From Candidatus Woesebacteria bacterium (GTDB lineage: Bacteria; Patescibacteriota; Microgenomatia; UBA12405): a stretch of DNA of 31,348 nucleotides. Position numbers and translations under genes: made by a program. The DNA is taken from positions 1-31,348 of the forward strand of contig DAOPUX010000001.1 of NCBI GenBank assembly GCA_035350835.1, written 5' to 3'. Shown here piece after piece: positions 7,774 to 14,971 of this stretch; the stretch's first letter is position 1; each line of letters starts with the position of its first letter. The notes under the pieces are model-generated. The model did no database searches, was not told the DNA's origin, and was given only the letters and a program-made list of their open reading frames with translations.

Positions 7774-8471
7774 TAGTTGATCAAATAATCCCCTACCAGA
7801 GTGTTGGTATTTTCTTTGGTGACGGTTTCGGGTGATATTTTAGTTATTTTAGCTGTGCCGCTGCCGCTGGAAAAGACCGAGTAATAAGGCCGATAGTTTT
7901 TGATGAGAATGAAAAAATCATTTTTGGTGGTGGTAGTGGCGGTGATAGATAAATTTTCTAGACTGAGAGATAATCCGCTATTTTTTTTGATATCAGCTGA
8001 AGTGGTCAAAGTGAATGGAGTCTCAAAGGAGGCAGTTTGATTGTCGTTGGTGTAGAAAGTCAGAGAAAGAACTCCGCCAACAACGTCTTCATCAAATTTG
8101 TATTTGCAACCATTAGTGCAGCTGGCAGTTCCCAAAAGTAGGTCTTTTTCGAAATTATTGGAAGTTAGTTTGACGGTATCACCGACACCTTTTTCCATTT
8201 CTAAACCGTTGTCTTTGGCAGAATAAATGAGTTCATATTCGACTTGGCTGATGCTGGCAGGAATTTTGTCAACTTTTAGTTTGAGCTCGTGACCATCAGC
8301 ACGAGGGATAAGAGAAATTATAGGTTTGTCGCTGTCAGTAAGAGTCAGTTCTTTGGGAGCAGAGTTTTTGGTTTCGGCGGGAGTTTTGGGAGCTTTTTTG
8401 CCGCAGCCGGAAAGAAGAAGAGAAGAAAGAAAAATTATTAAGGTAAAGGAAATGGTTTTGAACTTATTCAT
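7773..8471 (-). CDS. Hypothetical lipoprotein
   Basis: Basic N-terminus, hydrophobic core and lipobox LSGC (Cys23), then a P/K/T-rich tether and a predicted beta-rich domain with CTNGC. No function recognised. Confidence 0.6.
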   Translation of the reverse strand: MNKFKTISFTLIIFLSSLLLSGCGKKAPKTPAETKNSAPKELTLTDSDKPIISLIPRADGHELKLKVDKIPASISQVEYELIYSAKDNGLEMEKGVGDTVKLTSNNFEKDLLLGTASCTNGCKYKFDEDVVGGVLSLTFYTNDNQTASFETPFTLTTSADIKKNSGLSLSLENLSITATTTTKNDFFILIKNYRPYYSVFSSGSGTAKITKISPETVTKENTNTLVGDYLIN

Positions 8472-8472
8472 A

Positions 8473-9792
8473 TTAGTTATTTAACCTTTTTTCAAGCCAG
8501 GTGTCAATTTCATCGGATTTGAGACGGATTTGCTCCATAGTATCGCGGTCCCGAATAGAGACAGTGTTATCTTCTAGGGTTTGATAATCAACTACCAGAC
8601 ACCAGGGGGTGCCGATTTCGTCTTGGCGGCGGTATTTTTTGCCAATACTGCTACTGTCATCCCAGTCGACAGCATATTTTTGGTTTAACTGGTTAAAAAT
8701 AGTTTCGGCTTTGGTAATTAGTTCCGGTTTGTTGGCGGCTAGGGGGAGAATCGCCATTTTGTAAGCGGCAATTTTGGGGTTAATTTTAAGATAGGTTCGG
8801 ATGTCTCCGGTTGAAGTGGTTTCTTCTTGGTAGGCATCAAGCAGGAGAAAAAAGAAGCTGCGGTCAACTCCGCCGGAAGTTTCAGTTATCCAGGGGATAT
8901 ATTTTTCTTGAGTTTGAGGGTCGGTATAGGAAAGGTCTTGTCCGCTAAATTTGGCATGTTGTCCAAGATCGTAGTCAGATCGCCAGTGAATTCCTTCCAT
9001 TTCTGCCCAACCCCAAGGAGCTTGGTATTCAATGTCAAAGGCTTTTTTGGCATAGAAAGCCAATTCGTCTTTTTGATGTTGGCGGAAGCGGAGGTTTTTG
9101 GGATTATTAAAATATGTTTGATACCAAGCCATGCGAGTTTCTTTCCAGTATTCATACCATTTATCCATTTCTTTGGGATGGACAAAATATTGAATGTCCC
9201 ATTGTTCAAATTCGCGGGTGCGATAAAGAAAATTTTTAGGAGTAATTTCGTTTCTAAAAGCTTTGCCAATTTGGGCAATACCAAAGGGAATTTTTATGCG
9301 GGTGGAGTCAACGATATTTTTGAAATCCAAATAAATGGTCTGGCAGGCTTCACCCCGGAGATAAGCATGTTGTTTTTCGCCCTCGATAACACCAATTTCG
9401 GTTTCAAACAAAATATTATATTTTCGACCTTGAGTAAATTGACCACCACAATCGGGGCATTTGCTGGGGTCGTCAAGAAGATCGGGGCGAAAACGTTTGT
9501 GGCATTTTTTGCATTCAACCATAGTGTCGGCAAAATTTTTGACATGACCTGAGGCTTGCCAGACGGTGGGGTGAGTGATGATAGAACCATCAATGCCGAC
9601 AATATCGCGGCGGCGGACAACATTTTCCTGCCACCATAAATTCTTCCAGTTAAGTTTCATTTGGGAACCGATAGGGCCGTAGTCATAAAAACCTTGGACA
9701 CCTCCGTAAATTTCTGAGTTTTGAAAGATTATTCCCCGACGTTTGCAGAGACTGACAATTTTGCTAACAAGATCGCTTTGATTAGTCACCAT
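8473..9792 (-). CDS. glyQS: Glycine--tRNA ligase, homodimeric (GlyRS-1) type
   Basis: KRRGIIF, YDYGP, CxxC...CxxCGG insertion, PFGIAQIGKAFRNEI, REFEQ, GGVDR, IGKKYRRQDEIGTP and RDRDTMEQ motifs. Preceded by a glycine T-box. The GTG at 9789 is an alternative start. Confidence 0.93.
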   Translation of the reverse strand: MVTNQSDLVSKIVSLCKRRGIIFQNSEIYGGVQGFYDYGPIGSQMKLNWKNLWWQENVVRRRDIVGIDGSIITHPTVWQASGHVKNFADTMVECKKCHKRFRPDLLDDPSKCPDCGGQFTQGRKYNILFETEIGVIEGEKQHAYLRGEACQTIYLDFKNIVDSTRIKIPFGIAQIGKAFRNEITPKNFLYRTREFEQWDIQYFVHPKEMDKWYEYWKETRMAWYQTYFNNPKNLRFRQHQKDELAFYAKKAFDIEYQAPWGWAEMEGIHWRSDYDLGQHAKFSGQDLSYTDPQTQEKYIPWITETSGGVDRSFFFLLLDAYQEETTSTGDIRTYLKINPKIAAYKMAILPLAANKPELITKAETIFNQLNQKYAVDWDDSSSIGKKYRRQDEIGTPWCLVVDYQTLEDNTVSIRDRDTMEQIRLKSDEIDTWLEKRLNN

Positions 9793-9795
9793 ATA

Positions 9796-9931
9796 TCCTT
9801 AAAAATTAATATTAATTTTTAGGGACGAAAATTTCTTTCCGCGGTTCCACCCTATTTGACAGATTATTTTTGAACATCCGTCCACTTTATAAATTTTCAA
9901 CTATCGAAGTGCCTTCTTCGTTCGTAGTTGA
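9796..9931 (-). promoter_or_regulatory. Glycine T-box riboswitch, ultrashort Stem I, probably acting on translation
   Basis: Minus strand: Stem I TCAACTA-CGAA-CGAAG-[AAGGCA]-CTTCG-A-TAGTTGA (9931-9897). Stem III GACGGAT/ATCTGTC (9882-9858). T-box AAT-AGGG-TGGAACC-GCGGAAA-GAAA-TTTTCGT-CCCT (9856-9821). Alternative hairpin 9825-9796 covers AAGGA just before the glyQS start. Confidence 0.88.
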
Positions 9932-9944
9932 TAATAATAGGTAT

Positions 9945-9953
9945 ATTTTACCA
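9945..9953 (-). promoter_or_regulatory. Extended -10 promoter (TGgTAAAAT) for the T-box/glyQS leader
   Basis: TG-n-TAAAAT on the minus strand about 13 nt upstream of Stem I. No recognisable -35. Confidence 0.55.
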
Positions 9954-9972
9954 TCAAAGAACAGTGATAGGA

Positions 9973-11772
9973 TTATTCAAATAGATATATTTTCTGATTT
10001 TGGTTGTCGATAAAAGATATTTCTGCTTTTTGAGGATAGTGAAAAAATTCCAATCCTGGAATTTTTCTGGTCTCATCAAAGTTTTTGATATTTACATTCC
10101 CTACCCAGCGATAATATTTGTCTGGGACACTAAACCGTAGCCTATCATTAATCGTTTGTTGGGGAATTTTAGTAATATCTTGAATTTGAGTGAGATTTAG
10201 TCCCCAGTCAGACATTGATCTGGGGGCCATAAATGCTTCAATAGCGGCTATTTGGTTTAATTTAGGGACAATATTAATTTGATATTCTGGTTTGTATCTA
10301 TTAAATAGATAATTCCAATCCCAAATTAATTTCCACTGGTTATTGATTTTTTGGAAGATTATGTTGCTTTTATTTTCGAGAGGTCCATATCGGGTTTGGT
10401 AGGTGGTATTGAGCACTCCCGTAACAATATCTTGATCGAATTTGATAGAAGTTATATTTGATTCGATACTTCTGGTGCCAATTTTATTAAGAAAATTTTC
10501 ATAAGAATTTATAAAGTAGTCTTCGTTCATTAAGTTTCGTTGGTGTAGAGATATAGACCTATAAAGCTCTCGATAATTTCTGGTATTAATAAATCTAGTA
10601 GTGCTCTCTATGGTTCCTTGATATGGTTGTTTAATAACAGAAGTGTAATAGAAAGGAATGTTTAAAATAATTAAAAGATAAATTAAAAAAGGTTTTTGCT
10701 GCAAACAAATAGTAATAATAAGACAAAAAGTAGGAATTATTGGCATTAAATATCTTGGAAAGAATGGTATAAAGCAATTAATTAATATAAATGATAGTGA
10801 AAATAGACACAGATAAAGAGTTAATTTATTTTTGTTTTTAATAGAAGTAATTAGTAGGACAATCAGGAGTAGTAGTCCAGCCGTTAGCATTGGGGACCAG
10901 TCACCAAGCGTGCCAGGTTGAGCCCCAGCCCAAAATCCTTGATAACGATTTATTAAGATACCCTTGAGTTGATTAAAATAATCTATATGACTATTACCTT
11001 GTCCAATATAAAATCTGATAGGCTTTTCATGAAGTCTTAACCATGGAATTGGATTTGGGTGGTAGATAAAGTAGGATATAAAAGAAAAACCGTAGCCTCC
11101 TAAAGTGCTAAAAGCATAAAGTAGTATTTTTTTAATTTTTTTAGTTTTGGTGGTTAAGATAAAAATTAGACCAATTAAAAATATCAAGGGAGAATAAACG
11201 CCTATCTTGCATCCGGTGGCAATACCTAAAAATATTCCGGCAAATATTAGTTTTTGAAGATTATCTAATTGAAGATATTTAAGAAAAAATAAAAGATGAA
11301 CCAGAAAAAAGAACATTAAAGGCAGGTCAAGCATGGTTTCTCTGACTTGGGTAGAAATAAAAGGAGATGTAGCCATGAGAAGTAGTGTAAGGAGAATTGT
11401 GTGGGTGTTTTTTTGGAAAAATATTTTAGAAATTAAATGTAAAATAATAAAAGATGAAAGATAAAAAATAATGCTTATTATGTAAGGATTGCTAAAAAAC
11501 CGTTCAGCTAATCCATAAAGCAATTTGGCAAAGGGTGGAACTTCGTAATTGATATTAAATGGATTTTCACCGAAGGCTAGCCTGTAACCAACAAATTTAT
11601 ATAAATCTCCATCACCTATACCGCGAACACTGTTGGGAATATTCCATTGGGAGTGGTAATACCAGTTTTCGTAGTATTCAGGCTCATATTTGTAAAAAAA
11701 TATCTGTCGGGAATAATAAAAAGTTAAAGAAATAAAAATCAGAATTAGTGTTTTTATAATGTTGTTTTTCAT
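9973..11772 (-). CDS. GT-C (ArnT/PMT-like) polytopic glycosyltransferase with a C-terminal NTF2/MecA_N-like soluble domain
   Basis: First ~375 aa contain many TM helices, an acidic first external loop (GDGDLY, NYEVPP), and ETMLDLP, ATGCK and PRYLMP segments. The C-terminal ~220 aa include YRELY...YQTRYGPL...QWKLIWDWNYLF. Confidence 0.62.
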   Translation of the reverse strand: MKNNIIKTLILIFISLTFYYSRQIFFYKYEPEYYENWYYHSQWNIPNSVRGIGDGDLYKFVGYRLAFGENPFNINYEVPPFAKLLYGLAERFFSNPYIISIIFYLSSFIILHLISKIFFQKNTHTILLTLLLMATSPFISTQVRETMLDLPLMFFFLVHLLFFLKYLQLDNLQKLIFAGIFLGIATGCKIGVYSPLIFLIGLIFILTTKTKKIKKILLYAFSTLGGYGFSFISYFIYHPNPIPWLRLHEKPIRFYIGQGNSHIDYFNQLKGILINRYQGFWAGAQPGTLGDWSPMLTAGLLLLIVLLITSIKNKNKLTLYLCLFSLSFILINCFIPFFPRYLMPIIPTFCLIITICLQQKPFLIYLLIILNIPFYYTSVIKQPYQGTIESTTRFINTRNYRELYRSISLHQRNLMNEDYFINSYENFLNKIGTRSIESNITSIKFDQDIVTGVLNTTYQTRYGPLENKSNIIFQKINNQWKLIWDWNYLFNRYKPEYQINIVPKLNQIAAIEAFMAPRSMSDWGLNLTQIQDITKIPQQTINDRLRFSVPDKYYRWVGNVNIKNFDETRKIPGLEFFHYPQKAEISFIDNQNQKIYLFE

Positions 11773-11777
11773 TCCTT

Positions 11778-11783
11778 ATTGTA
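11778..11783 (-). promoter_or_regulatory. Possible -10 element (TACAAT) 5 nt before the GT-C start codon
   Basis: TACAAT-aagga-ATG; spacing fits a leaderless transcript. A-rich tract upstream. Confidence 0.3.
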
Positions 11784-11814
11784 TTTAATCATTTTTTAGA
11801 TTTTTTTTTGGGTT

Positions 11815-12375
11815 TTATCTAAACAATTTGTTGCTTTGGAGAGGTTTTTCGATAATTGATTCAAAAAATCTTTTGATTAGTTTTTGGCTGGTCTTGTAAT
11901 CTTTTTGACTAAAATATGTTTTTATGTCCAAAGGGACCCCAAAACCCAGAGTTTCCAAAAAGTAGATTTCGTTTTGGATATACTGGCGGATTAAATTTTT
12001 GTTGATAGCAGCAATAATATTTTGGGAAATTTCAAAGATTTTGTCGATATGCTGATTTTCGGCGACAAATAAATTGACTATTTCCAAAAAGTAAAAAAGA
12101 AGGTTAAGTTGGGCCAAATTTTTGTCTGTTTGGAGAAAAGGAGAAATATTTTGTGATTCTGAAATCCAGGTAAAATCTCCTTTTTGGTATAGTTGAGCTT
12201 TGATGGTGTTGCCTAGTTGGAGATTGCCAAGACGACTGCTTTTTATGTTTTTAGCGCCTTTGGCAATAGCTACAATCTTGCCCATTTTGGGCGTTAAAAG
12301 GGTAATAAGCAAGTCAGACTCTTTGGTAGTTTTTTTGTTGATGACAATCCCTAAGGTTGATTTGTAGTGGTCCAT
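11815..12375 (-). CDS. recO: DNA repair protein RecO (short form)
   Basis: GIVINKKTTKESDLLITLLTPKMGKIVAIAKGAK RecO N-terminal OB-fold signature and a C-terminal LxxLGF segment. 186 aa, no Zn finger. Confidence 0.88.
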   Translation of the reverse strand: MDHYKSTLGIVINKKTTKESDLLITLLTPKMGKIVAIAKGAKNIKSSRLGNLQLGNTIKAQLYQKGDFTWISESQNISPFLQTDKNLAQLNLLFYFLEIVNLFVAENQHIDKIFEISQNIIAAINKNLIRQYIQNEIYFLETLGFGVPLDIKTYFSQKDYKTSQKLIKRFFESIIEKPLQSNKLFR

Positions 12376-14301
12376 TTAGAGGGTAAATCTAATGGTTTTG
12401 TCGGCAACCCAGGAGAAGTTTTGCTTGGAGCCGTTAATTATCAGCTCATAATCAACCGGTTTGGTGCCGGGTTGTTTTTGGAGCATAAGGGTGTAAACGG
12501 AACCAATTTGAGCGCCGGAAGTATATTCGATTGAGGTTTTGAGGTTTGATTGGGGGTTAAGCCCAAACTTGTTGCCATAAAAACCTTCAAAGACCTGTTT
12601 ATTTAACTCTTCATACTGGACAGTTTCAACTTCAGAACCGGTCATTTTGGTGAGTTTTGAACCTTTGGGGGTATAGAAACGGAAGATATCTCGGTAGGTA
12701 GAAGCGTTAAGACACAGACCGCCTTTTTCTAGATTGCAATTGGAACCAGGGGCGGAATTGGTATAAGTAATATTTATTTTGTGTTGAGCTTGACCGTTTT
12801 TGATAGTGATGTCGTGTTTGATTTTTTGAGTAATGAAAATATTGCTTTTGGCGCTGGCAAAATTGGTGTCATTAAGGTGGAGATAGTCAACCGAGGATTC
12901 GGTGTCGTATATTTTTCCGGTAATGTTGGCCAGGTCACCCATTTTTTGATTGTCTTCGTTGGGAAAGTAAAAAAGGACGTGTTTTTCGTTGATACTTTTG
13001 AAGCCGGCTTGAATCAACTGACCCATTTTGTTTTTTTCCGAACCCATAACGTTGGCAAGGAGGGCGGACATAAGCGGGTTCATAAAATCTTTTCGATTTT
13101 TTTCGATATAATCCCGAGGGCGACCGGACATCCATTGCATTTCGTAAATAATTTGAGGACAGCCATAACACCTTTTGTCAGGTTCGGTAGTAAAAGTGCC
13201 GACCCGGGTGTCTAGTTTACCCAAAACAGCAACCATATCAACCAAAAGTTGGGTGTCGATGGCGATAATGGCATCAAATTTTTCCTTACTGCCGGTAGCT
13301 TTGAGATATTGGTCCAAAAATATTTTGGCATCAGTGGGAAAATCGGGAGAAAGATTGCTGTCGCGGAGATTAAGATAAGGAACATTGATATGGTAACTTT
13401 TGATAAGCCTGGGAGCGGGAGTGCGGCTGTTGATGCGGTCGTCAAGATCATAAATATTGCTGGCAGTGCCGGGCTTAACTTTGCCATTATCGACCGTCAT
13501 GGTGCTGTAAGCAGTCCAAAAACCACCACTAGGTCGGAGCTCACCATCATTTTGAAAGATCATGAGATATTTTCGAGGAGAATCTTTGCCCAAGAGCCAA
13601 GAAACTTTGGACAAAAGCGGCTTGCCGTCTTTTATAAGTTTATGGGATTGAGATAGCAGCTCCTGAGCTTTGGTAATATTAGATTTGATTTGGTAGCCGC
13701 GGAATTCTTCGGGATATCTGGAGGGATTTATTTCTCCGGCCGATTTGTCAATTTCGGCAATTTTGGCTTCGATGGTGTCTAAATACGGAATCAAACCTTC
13801 AACAGATTGGGTCAAAAAGGCGATTCTGTCTTGAGTGGTTTCTTCGCTGGAAGCGGCAGAGCCGGTCATACCCAAAAAATCTTTGTAGGGTTCGATGGCT
13901 TTTATGATAATATCGCTGGTATCAAGGCTGTTTTTGGCAATACTGATGGTTCGGAGACCATCTTGGTAGTAATTATTGATTATAGGAAGGAAGCCGATTG
14001 GTTTTAGTTTAAAATAGGTGTCTTCGATAGATTTAGTGTGATCTTTGATGACACTGAGATTAATTTTGATTTTTTCCAGATCTTTTTCGTTGATGGATTG
14101 TTTGAGATGATCGACTTCGGTTTTGGCAGCTTCGATTTTGGTCTGGAGTTCCTTGGCGGGGAGATAGACTACAAAAAATAGTCCGAGAGCAAGGATAAAA
14201 ATAAAAGCAAAAATGATAGCAATAATTTTGGGCCATCGCCGATTACCCAGCTTTACTTTCTTACCCGGTTTGGTGTTGGCGGTTTTGGTGATCAAATCCA
14301 T
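12376..14301 (-). CDS. DUF4012 domain membrane-anchored protein
   Basis: N-terminal TM anchor, long helical region, then YLMIFQNDGELRPSGGF, RDSNLSPDFP and FDAIIAID motifs characteristic of DUF4012. Confidence 0.8.
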   Translation of the reverse strand: MDLITKTANTKPGKKVKLGNRRWPKIIAIIFAFIFILALGLFFVVYLPAKELQTKIEAAKTEVDHLKQSINEKDLEKIKINLSVIKDHTKSIEDTYFKLKPIGFLPIINNYYQDGLRTISIAKNSLDTSDIIIKAIEPYKDFLGMTGSAASSEETTQDRIAFLTQSVEGLIPYLDTIEAKIAEIDKSAGEINPSRYPEEFRGYQIKSNITKAQELLSQSHKLIKDGKPLLSKVSWLLGKDSPRKYLMIFQNDGELRPSGGFWTAYSTMTVDNGKVKPGTASNIYDLDDRINSRTPAPRLIKSYHINVPYLNLRDSNLSPDFPTDAKIFLDQYLKATGSKEKFDAIIAIDTQLLVDMVAVLGKLDTRVGTFTTEPDKRCYGCPQIIYEMQWMSGRPRDYIEKNRKDFMNPLMSALLANVMGSEKNKMGQLIQAGFKSINEKHVLFYFPNEDNQKMGDLANITGKIYDTESSVDYLHLNDTNFASAKSNIFITQKIKHDITIKNGQAQHKINITYTNSAPGSNCNLEKGGLCLNASTYRDIFRFYTPKGSKLTKMTGSEVETVQYEELNKQVFEGFYGNKFGLNPQSNLKTSIEYTSGAQIGSVYTLMLQKQPGTKPVDYELIINGSKQNFSWVADKTIRFTL

Positions 14302-14307
14302 ACTCTT

Positions 14308-14316
14308 AGTTTAACA
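14308..14316 (-). promoter_or_regulatory. Extended -10 (TGtTAAACT) 6 nt before the DUF4012 start codon
   Basis: TG-T-TAAACT-aagagt-ATG in a 28-nt intergenic gap. No SD present. Confidence 0.45.
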
Positions 14317-14329
14317 AAGATGAAACAAT

Positions 14330-14971
14330 TTACCAACGAGAGATCATAGACATGGGAGTTTTGAGAATGATGAGAAGTTCCTGTCTAATAGATTGATTGC
14401 GGATGTATTTTGAGTCGAGTTTGGCTCGTTGTTCAAAATTAAGTTCGTTGCGGCCGGAAGTTTGCCAAAGACCGGTAATGCCAGGTTTGACGGATCTAAC
14501 ATCGTCAATATATTTTTTGGTGGTAGGATATTTTTTTTCGTACTCTTGAAGTTCTTCTTCACGATAGGCTCTAGGTCCGACTAAACTCATTTCTCCTTTG
14601 AGAACATTGACCAATTGAGGAAATTCATCAACTGATGAAGCTCGGATAATTTTGCCTATGGGTGTGATTCGAGGGTCTTCGGACATAGGTAATTTCCAGC
14701 CGCCGTCTTTGTATTTTTTCCATAACTCAGGATAATTTTCGCGGAGACGTTTGTCATTGTCGCCAGTATACATAGAGCGGAATTTATACATCCAAAATTC
14801 TTTATTTCCTTTGGTGACCCGCTTTTGTTTAAAAAAAATAGGACCAGGTGAAGTAATTTTGACAAGAATGGAAGTGAGTAAAAATATGGGAGAAAAGATA
14901 ATCATAAGAAAGACAGAGCTGATAATGTCAAGAATTCTTTTGAAGACGTTGAAGTAGAGTTTGTCTGTCAT
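14330..14971 (-). CDS. Monotopic phosphoglycosyl transferase (bacterial sugar transferase, PglC/WcaJ C-terminal type)
   Basis: KRILDII, SPGPIFFKQKR, YKFRSM, DPRITPIG, DEFPQLVNVLKGEMSLVGPR and KPGITGLWQ motifs. Confidence 0.93.
   Translation of the reverse strand: MTDKLYFNVFKRILDIISSVFLMIIFSPIFLLTSILVKITSPGPIFFKQKRVTKGNKEFWMYKFRSMYTGDNDKRLRENYPELWKKYKDGGWKLPMSEDPRITPIGKIIRASSVDEFPQLVNVLKGEMSLVGPRAYREEELQEYEKKYPTTKKYIDDVRSVKPGITGLWQTSGRNELNFEQRAKLDSKYIRNQSIRQELLIILKTPMSMISRW

Noticed and set aside
8827-9552. 241-aa plus-strand ORF, and similar antisense ORFs at 915-1397, 12781-13215, 13249-13656, 17611-17976 and 25158-25553
   Set aside because: They lie fully antisense to well-supported genes, show no recognisable motifs or start signals, and are expected shadow frames from codon bias.
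9801-9820. Perfect 20-bp palindrome AAAAATTAATATTAATTTTT as a transcription-factor operator or intrinsic terminator
   Set aside because: It extends into TCCCT/AAGGA pairing that is mutually exclusive with the T-box antiterminator and has no following U-tract, so an SD sequestrator explains it better. Termination is not fully excluded.
9897-9931. K-turn (GA motif) at the base of T-box Stem I
   Set aside because: GA dinucleotides occur on both strands, but I could not fit a canonical 3-nt bulge with tandem G-A pairs; recorded only as an asymmetric internal loop.
11801-11809. T9 homopolymer (A9 on the coding strand) upstream of the GT-C gene as a phase-variation switch
   Set aside because: A/T runs of 8-9 nt are common here (e.g. 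2026-2034, 1890-1897) and no long G/C or oligonucleotide repeat tracts were seen in GT genes.
11815-12375. Short RecO as a pseudogene
   Set aside because: The ORF is intact with a normal start and stop, adjoins the DUF4012 stop, and shows no frameshifted remnant downstream.
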